From assembly GCA_020632535.1 (NCBI GenBank), contig JACKFJ010000003.1:38166-102165 (forward strand): DNA of 64,000 nucleotides, given 5' to 3'. Numbering within the stretch: the first letter of the stretch is position 1; each line of letters begins with the position of its first letter. Origin of the DNA: Candidatus Omnitrophota bacterium (GTDB taxonomy: Bacteria; Omnitrophota; Gorgyraeia; Zapsychrales; JANLHA01). Made by a program: the position numbers and the translations under genes. A model generated the notes under the pieces. The model worked only from the letters and a program-made list of their open reading frames with translations, ran no database searches and was not told the DNA's origin. Positions 58,731 to 64,000 of this stretch are shown piece by piece.

Positions 58731-59732
58731 ATGACTGCTGAAATCAAAAAACTTATTTTACGGCGTCTATCAAAATTCACGTGTGGAGCAACCGTTTTTT
58801 TGATTTTTGCCGGTGGCCTTGTAACTAGTACAGGGTCAGGTTTAGCGGTTCCGGATTGGCCATTGTCATATGGAATGATTTTCCCCCCGATGGTTGGTGG
58901 TGTATTTTATGAACACGGTCATCGTATGGTGGCAACAGTCGTTGGATTTCTGACGTTATTGCTTGCCATTTTAACGGTCTGTTTTGAAACACGACGCTGG
59001 GTCAAGAATCTTAGTTATATTGCTTTAGCTGCGGTAATTATCCAAGGAATTTTAGGTGGGATTACCGTCAAATTTTTTCTACCTTTATGGGTATCCGTAA
59101 GCCATGGCATACTCGCTCAGACTTTTTTATGTATTCTTGTTGTTCTCGCTTACAGTTTTTCACTAGAACACCAAACGCGCTTTAATGAAAATTTTCAACC
59201 CGATCGTAATTCATTGCGGGCTAGTCTAGTTCTTATTTATTTTATTTACATGCAATTGCTCTTTGGTGCTATTATGCGCCATACTCATTCGGGTTTAGCC
59301 ATACCTGATTTTCCAACAATGGGAGGGGAGTGGTGGCCAAAATTTGATCAAGCTATGCTCAATACAATTAATGCAGATCGCTTTGATATGAATCTCGCAC
59401 CCGTAGATTTAGGTAACGTGCTCATTCATTTTGTTCATCGTTTTATGGCCGTAATTCTTATCTGTGTATTAGTGGTTCTCAATGTCGTATTTAAGAAAGT
59501 AACCATTCAAAATATTCAAGTCCGTAAGACCTTAAATATCTTGAATATGCTTTTTGTTCTTCAAATTGGTTTAGGTATCACAACTGTATTAACACATAAA
59601 GAATATCGTTTGACAAGTTTGCACGTCGTAACGGGCGCAATAATTCTAGCGTGGACTGTCCTTTTATTTTTACGTGCCGCTCCTGTTCGAATTCGTCCTT
59701 TAAGAAATATTCTTTTGAATCGAAAACCATAA
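58731..59732 (+). CDS. ctaA: Heme A synthase (COX15/CtaA)
   Basis: Eight TM helices with EHGHRM and HF.HRF His motifs. ATG at 58731, whereas the track start at 58650 lies inside ctaC. Confidence 0.85.
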   Translation: MTAEIKKLILRRLSKFTCGATVFLIFAGGLVTSTGSGLAVPDWPLSYGMIFPPMVGGVFYEHGHRMVATVVGFLTLLLAILTVCFETRRWVKNLSYIALAAVIIQGILGGITVKFFLPLWVSVSHGILAQTFLCILVVLAYSFSLEHQTRFNENFQPDRNSLRASLVLIYFIYMQLLFGAIMRHTHSGLAIPDFPTMGGEWWPKFDQAMLNTINADRFDMNLAPVDLGNVLIHFVHRFMAVILICVLVVLNVVFKKVTIQNIQVRKTLNILNMLFVLQIGLGITTVLTHKEYRLTSLHVVTGAIILAWTVLLFLRAAPVRIRPLRNILLNRKP

Positions 59733-60604
59733 TGACACCACAAACACAAAAAATCCTTTTCGCTTATTTCGAATTAACCAAACCGCGTATTCTGTTTATG
59801 GTACTTTTAACAACCGCCATGGGCTATTTCTTAGGCGCGGCTAAAGCTTGGTCATGGGCAACAGCCCTTTATCTTCTTGTTGGAACAGCGGGAGTTTGTG
59901 CCGGAGCGGCCGCATTAAATCATTACCTAGAGCGTGATGTCGATCAAAAAATGCAAAGAACACGCAACCGTCCATTACCCGCGGGAATTATTCCACCAAA
60001 CAATGCGATGCTCTGGGGCATTACACTAATTTTAAGCGGCGTTTTTCTTTTGTATTGGAAAGTCAATTTATTAACATCATTCTTAAGTCTCTTAACCGCA
60101 TTTCTTTATGTTTTAGTTTATACACCTCTTAAGCGATTGACGTGGCTTAATACTACCATAGGTGCGATTCCGGGCGCTTTGCCTCCATTAGGCGGATGGG
60201 CTGCCGCAACCGGAGACCTTTCAGCGGGTGGATGGGTCCTATTTTTAATTTTGTTTATCTGGCAACACCCTCATTTTTATTCAATCGCTTGGATGTTTCG
60301 AGAAGATTACGAACGTGGTGGATTTAAAATGCTTCCCGTCGTTGATCCTGATGGAAAAAGTACTTTTCGACAAATCAATGTCTTTGCAATCTTAATGCTT
60401 CTCACAGCGATATTCCCATTCATTATCGGGATGTCCGGGGAAATTTATCTTGCCAGCGCAATCATTTTGAGTATTTTATTCTTTATATCAGGCTTGAAAC
60501 TTTCTGCGACAAAAGCACACTCTGACGCACATCAACTCCTACAAAATTCTGTTATTTATTTACCGGCATTACTCATTTTGATTCTACTTGATGCCAAATT
60601 TTGA
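59732..60604 (+). CDS. ctaB: Protoheme IX farnesyltransferase (heme O synthase)
   Basis: YFELTKPRI, NHYLERDVDQKM.RT..RPL, and a UbiA fold. Its start overlaps the ctaA stop as TAATG. Confidence 0.9.
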   Translation: MTPQTQKILFAYFELTKPRILFMVLLTTAMGYFLGAAKAWSWATALYLLVGTAGVCAGAAALNHYLERDVDQKMQRTRNRPLPAGIIPPNNAMLWGITLILSGVFLLYWKVNLLTSFLSLLTAFLYVLVYTPLKRLTWLNTTIGAIPGALPPLGGWAAATGDLSAGGWVLFLILFIWQHPHFYSIAWMFREDYERGGFKMLPVVDPDGKSTFRQINVFAILMLLTAIFPFIIGMSGEIYLASAIILSILFFISGLKLSATKAHSDAHQLLQNSVIYLPALLILILLDAKF

Positions 60605-60608
60605 GACG

Positions 60609-61199
60609 ATGAACAAATCACTTTCTAAAATTGCTGTTATTATTCTTGCAGGTTTTGTGGGTCTTGCGTTATTGCTAAATTTTCTCAATAAAAAGCAAAC
60701 ACCACCTTTACCAGTCATATCGAAACTCAGCAGCTTCGAACTTACCGATTCTAGCAATCAACCTTTTGGAACCAAACAACTCCAAGGCAAAATTTGGGTC
60801 GCGCATTTCCTCTTTACGACATGCAGCGGCATGTGCCCAATAACCACCGGTAAATTAGCATCGCTCTATCGTTCCTATAAACTTGATAAACGCGTTGAAT
60901 TTGTTTCAATCAGTGTCAATCCTGACAATGACACCAGCGAAGTCTTGTCAGAATTTGCAAAGAAATATCAAGCTGATACAACCCAATGGCATTTTCTAAC
61001 CGGCCCTATCGAAAAAATTCAAGAAGTTTCAGAGAAAATTCTTAAAGTCGGTACCGTAGACGAACCCGTATTTCACAGCGGCTACTTTGTTTTAATAGAT
61101 CGCCACGGACAAATACGTGGATATTATGACGGCATGGATCAAAAGGGAACACCCCAATTATTCAAAGACATTGCAGTTTTGTTAAAAGAGAAGTCGTAA
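60609..61199 (+). CDS. SCO1/SenC copper chaperone (thioredoxin fold)
   Basis: A TM anchor, FTTCSGMCP (CxxxC) and a later H in FHSGYFVLIDR. Alternative starts are at 60588 (TTG) and 60591 (ATG). Confidence 0.85.
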   Translation: MNKSLSKIAVIILAGFVGLALLLNFLNKKQTPPLPVISKLSSFELTDSSNQPFGTKQLQGKIWVAHFLFTTCSGMCPITTGKLASLYRSYKLDKRVEFVSISVNPDNDTSEVLSEFAKKYQADTTQWHFLTGPIEKIQEVSEKILKVGTVDEPVFHSGYFVLIDRHGQIRGYYDGMDQKGTPQLFKDIAVLLKEKS

Positions 61200-61621
61200 T
61201 GACCGTACCGATATTCCCGACAATCAACGCGTCTTTGAATTTACTTGCCGGAATTTTACTTTTTTGTGGTTGGATTGCAATTAAGCGTGGCAATAAAACT
61301 GTGCACCAAAGATTTATGGTTGCGGCACTGCTGTCCTCAACACTTTTCCTCATTTGTTATGTCACATATCACTCAATGCTGCATGGAGTTGTCACAAAAT
61401 ATCCGGGTTTGGGAATAAAGCGATTTTTTTATTTCACGGTTCTTTTGACACATACACCTTTAGCCATGCTCATTATTCCGTTTATTATCATGGCTGTACG
61501 ATATGCGTTGCGAGGAGAATTTGTTAAACACACACGTATCACACGTTGGCTTTTACCTGTATGGATGTATGTTTCTGTGACGGGGGTAATCATTTACGTA
61601 ATGCTTTATATTGTGCGGTAA
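61199..61621 (+). CDS. DUF420 membrane protein (oxidase-cluster associated)
   Basis: 140 aa with 4 TM helices, INASLN...H.RFM...YH pattern. Its start overlaps the sco stop (TAATG). Confidence 0.65.
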   Translation: MTVPIFPTINASLNLLAGILLFCGWIAIKRGNKTVHQRFMVAALLSSTLFLICYVTYHSMLHGVVTKYPGLGIKRFFYFTVLLTHTPLAMLIIPFIIMAVRYALRGEFVKHTRITRWLLPVWMYVSVTGVIIYVMLYIVR

Positions 61622-61623
61622 TC

Positions 61624-61965
61624 TTACGATCGCACATTTAAAGCGCGCAAAAGAAACTGCTTTAAAAATCTTCCTAAACGTTTTTCCTTTTCCCAGAAGA
61701 AATCAAATTGCCCGAGAAGTGTTCCCCAAACTAAAAGAAAAACTTGATAAATCGGTGGAATAAGAGGGATGTAGACCAACGCCTTAATCCAAAAATTTGT
61801 TTCATCACTAATCCCTAAAAGATGAAAAATAGGCGGGCGACAAACCGAGATCATCATCCCGGCAAGCGAGAAAGCCAACATAATCATTACAAAATCCCAA
61901 TTACTCGCAATGCCCCATTTGACCTTCAATTTTTCAATCCATTTAGCGGCCATAAAAATTCTCAC
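61624..61965 (-). CDS. Small membrane protein, unknown (DUF6787-like, tentative)
   Basis: 113 aa from a GTG that overlaps the upstream stop (GTGA). An alternative ATG at 61953 gives MAAKWIEKLKVKWGI... Confidence 0.5.
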   Translation of the reverse strand: MRIFMAAKWIEKLKVKWGIASNWDFVMIMLAFSLAGMMISVCRPPIFHLLGISDETNFWIKALVYIPLIPPIYQVFLLVWGTLLGQFDFFWEKEKRLGRFLKQFLLRALNVRS

Positions 61966-62141
61966 AAATTACTGTTAATACTGCGGTAATAAAACAAAAG
62001 AAAATATGCCCCACACATCAAAACAACGATCGAGGAAATAGCAAGAACATAAATCATTTTTAGAAAACCATCCGCGCCAGTATCAAATTTTAAGATCATA
62101 CGGATTTTTTGAGAATTTAAGTTTTGTGTTTCACGAGTCAT
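61962..62141 (-). CDS. Small membrane protein (59 aa), unknown
   Basis: MTRETQNLNSQKIRMILKF... with one TM helix. The ATG at 62141 overlaps the stop of the 53-aa ORF (ATGA). The track lists a longer 76-aa version starting at 62192. Confidence 0.4.
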   Translation of the reverse strand: MTRETQNLNSQKIRMILKFDTGADGFLKMIYVLAISSIVVLMCGAYFLLFYYRSINSNL

Positions 62142-62299
62142 TTCTTTAATCCATAATTTTGCAAAACCCAACCACACAAAAAAAGAATGCATCCCAAAAG
62201 AAGAATATTCCGATCCATAACATTTGGAAACGTAAGTAAAAATGCGGTCAATATCGTTCCCAATCCTGCTGCTTGCAAAAATTTAGCCGCATAATACAT
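62138..62299 (-). CDS. Small 2-TM protein (53 aa, below the ORF-track cutoff), unknown
   Basis: My translation is MYYAAKFLQAAGLGTILTAFLLTFPNVMDRNILLLGCILFLCGWVLQNYGLKK. Its ATG shares a nucleotide with the upstream stop (TAATG at 62301-62297). Confidence 0.4.
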   Translation of the reverse strand: MYYAAKFLQAAGLGTILTAFLLTFPNVMDRNILLLGCILFLCGWVLQNYGLKK

Positions 62300-62781
62300 T
62301 ACGTCGACCTTGTCACACCTGACATCGCGAGAATATTCTCAGTATTGTCACGAAAAGCTTGATGCTGAATGAGCTTCGTATAAATAAAATGCCACAAACA
62401 AAAAACAAAATAATATTGATACACCATCCATGGAATCTTCCCGGCATACACCGCACCCGGAAGAACAAAAAGGATTATCATCAAAAGCAAATTAAGCATC
62501 GTCGGGGGATAAATCTTATGCTTGATTGCGAGTGAACGCTTACGATAATCTTGAGGTAAATTCTTTTCTTGCGTATAATCGCGAATACTCACACCTGTTC
62601 CTACAAAAAAGAAAATCACCAAGGTTTCCGTAAAAAAATAAACGATACTCGTAAGTATTAAGAAAGTTAATTGTGGGATCTTCAAAAATGGAATCGTCAT
62701 ATAACTTTGCAACATAAGTGTACCAAGCATAAGCAAAGTCAAAAGACTTAAAACGTAAGAAGCAATCATAAAAAACCACAT
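62299..62781 (-). CDS. 4-TM membrane protein, unknown
   Basis: 160-aa hydrophobic protein. It is the first gene of a four-ORF overlapping array. Confidence 0.5.
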   Translation of the reverse strand: MWFFMIASYVLSLLTLLMLGTLMLQSYMTIPFLKIPQLTFLILTSIVYFFTETLVIFFFVGTGVSIRDYTQEKNLPQDYRKRSLAIKHKIYPPTMLNLLLMIILFVLPGAVYAGKIPWMVYQYYFVFCLWHFIYTKLIQHQAFRDNTENILAMSGVTRST

Positions 62782-62807
62782 ATTATCGCCTTTAATTGTA
62801 TCAAAAT

Positions 62808-62839
62808 AAAAAAAACCCCGTACCCATGATGGTACGGGG
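62808..62839 (-). terminator. Rho-independent terminator of the ferredoxin gene
   Basis: On the minus strand: ccccgtacc-atcatg-ggtacgggg followed by T8 (plus-strand A-run at 62808-62815). Confidence 0.8.
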
Positions 62840-62861
62840 TATGCTGCAATTTATGCGAAGA

Positions 62862-63143
62862 CTATTTCGGTGGTGCCAAAGGTGTCTTTTTTTCAGTAAG
62901 AACAGGTAATTCTTTGGATTTATCGGCGTTAAGCTGTGTAAAGCTTTTCCACTTTTCCGGAACATCATCACCCGCATAAATAGCTTGAACGGGACATTCG
63001 GGAATGCAGGCTCCACAATCAATACAGACTTCAGGATCAATGACAAGCATCTCTGCGTCTTCATGAAAACAATCAACAGGACAAACCGTAACACAATCAG
63101 TGTAGCGGCATTTTATACAAGGTTCCGTTACGACATGGGACAT
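62862..63143 (-). CDS. fdxA: 7Fe-type ferredoxin ([3Fe-4S][4Fe-4S], FdxA-like)
   Basis: CIKCRYTDCVTVCPVDCF and CIDCGACIPECP. 93 aa. Confidence 0.85.
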   Translation of the reverse strand: MSHVVTEPCIKCRYTDCVTVCPVDCFHEDAEMLVIDPEVCIDCGACIPECPVQAIYAGDDVPEKWKSFTQLNADKSKELPVLTEKKTPLAPPK

Positions 63144-63214
63144 TTTAAAACCTCCTAGAGGACAAAGTTGAATTTATGAACAAAATATAACAAATCTGAT
63201 CAGGGGTGTCAATT

Positions 63215-64000
63215 TTAATTTAGATTGTTTGCCGGTGTAAATTTCATCTTCAATTTGGCCCAAAAGTATTCGACAAAAGCGCCAAAGCCATGCAATTTTC
63301 TCAACAGATCTCCCACCGAACGAATTGAAATAAGCATTTGCCACATTTGTTTCGGACGAAGATAAAATTCTTTTAAACCTTTATCAATATAAAAATCAAT
63401 ATCTTTATTAGAGAGCTGTGGATAGTTCAAAAGAGTACGTTGCTCTTTTTGTGACGTGAGCCAATCACGCCAATCATTTGCCAAAAGATAATTGTTTTGC
63501 TTCGCCCACTTATAAAGAGCGGTTCCGGGATATGCCGCAACACCCGTAATCTGAATCGTATCGAGAGGGAGAGACTTTGCAAAATCCAAAGTCTTTTGTG
63601 CCGTCGTACGAGTTTCGCCAGGCGCGCCAATCATAAAACACCCGTGAATCGTAAATCCTAATTGATTTGCGCGGATCGCATATTCACGAGCCATCTCAAC
63701 ATTAACGCCGCCTTTGCGCACCGCCGCTAAACCATCATCATATCCAAACTCAAATCCAGTCATTAACATACGGCAACCAGACTCTCGCATCAAAGGGAGC
63801 ATGTCCAAATCCGTATTCACGCGCATATTACACGACCAAGAAATTTTTTTATTAATCCCGCGGCGAATAATTTCTTCGCAAACCGTTTTCACATGCTCAT
63901 TGTCAGCGGCAAACGTATCCGTTTCAAACATGATTTCACGAATTTGCGGATGTACTTTTAAACCATATTCCATTTCATCAACAACTTGCATCGCACTACG
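63215..64000 (-). CDS. B12-binding/radical SAM family protein, C-terminal part (5' end outside window)
   Basis: The frame stays open to the window edge. The visible part has the radical-SAM barrel C-terminal half (MLMTGFEFG, FTIHGCFMIGAPGET). The CxxxCxxC box is not in the window. Confidence 0.6.
   Translation of the reverse strand, partial: RSAMQVVDEMEYGLKVHPQIREIMFETDTFAADNEHVKTVCEEIIRRGINKKISWSCNMRVNTDLDMLPLMRESGCRMLMTGFEFGYDDGLAAVRKGGVNVEMAREYAIRANQLGFTIHGCFMIGAPGETRTTAQKTLDFAKSLPLDTIQITGVAAYPGTALYKWAKQNNYLLANDWRDWLTSQKEQRTLLNYPQLSNKDIDFYIDKGLKEFYLRPKQMWQMLISIRSVGDLLRKLHGFGAFVEYFWAKLKMKFTPANNLN

Noticed and set aside
61962-62192. 76-aa ORF as listed in the track
   Set aside because: Its first 17 codons overlap the better-coupled 53-aa ORF in another frame. 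An internal ATG at 62141 forms an ATGA overlap with that ORF's stop. A frameshifted single gene remains an alternative (A7 run at 62178-62184).

Overview
AT-rich bacterial chromosomal segment. Split cytochrome b, a type-B succinate dehydrogenase (SDH), System II cytochrome c maturation and TMTC-like TPR proteins suggest an uncultivated PVC/Omnitrophota-like lineage, but I cannot confirm this without a database search. Almost all of the window is coding. It has three parts. (1) 0.2-2.7 kb: housekeeping genes (membrane transporter, PIG-L deacetylase, exonuclease III). (2) 2.7-12.8 kb: an accessory-looking cassette. Three tandem paralogous GT-C/TPR (TMTC/DUF1736-like) membrane glycosyltransferases are transcribed divergently from a 1,000-aa secreted protein. 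In that protein a seven-blade, near-identical beta-propeller appears to be inserted into an FGE-sulfatase (SUMF1-like) domain. Two near-identical ~0.3-kb composite direct repeats bracket the block, and a third copy sits in its divergent promoter region. (3) 12.8-61.6 kb: an unusually dense energy-metabolism region. It holds sodC, acs-cobB, sdhCAB, hemN-hemE-hemY, ccsBA, tatA, mscL, moeA-mobA-moaD, then a gap-free 15-kb co-directional array (hemA, atpBEFHAGDC, HEAT-repeat protein, Rieske, split cytochrome b, octaheme cytochrome c, two unknown membrane proteins). After that come an ECF sigma / anti-sigma-vWA pair and an aa3-type oxidase cluster with a cupredoxin-like gene, ctaA, ctaB, sco and DUF420. 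The window ends with four translationally coupled small membrane ORFs, a 7Fe-type ferredoxin and a truncated B12/radical-SAM gene. A family of modular palindromic repeats occupies most of the few intergenic gaps (at least 9 loci). Its modules are the hairpins gtcattcccgc..gcgggaatcc, ggatccccga..tcggggatgac and cattgcgag..ctcgcaatg, plus 21-bp tandem half-site arrays. My best candidate for an undescribed system is the repeat-bracketed cassette at 2.7-12.8 kb, a putative TMTC-type protein-glycosylation module with a dedicated repetitive substrate. The runner-up is the ATP-synthase-linked Rieske/cyt b/octaheme complex. All functional calls rest on motifs read by eye; no searches were run.
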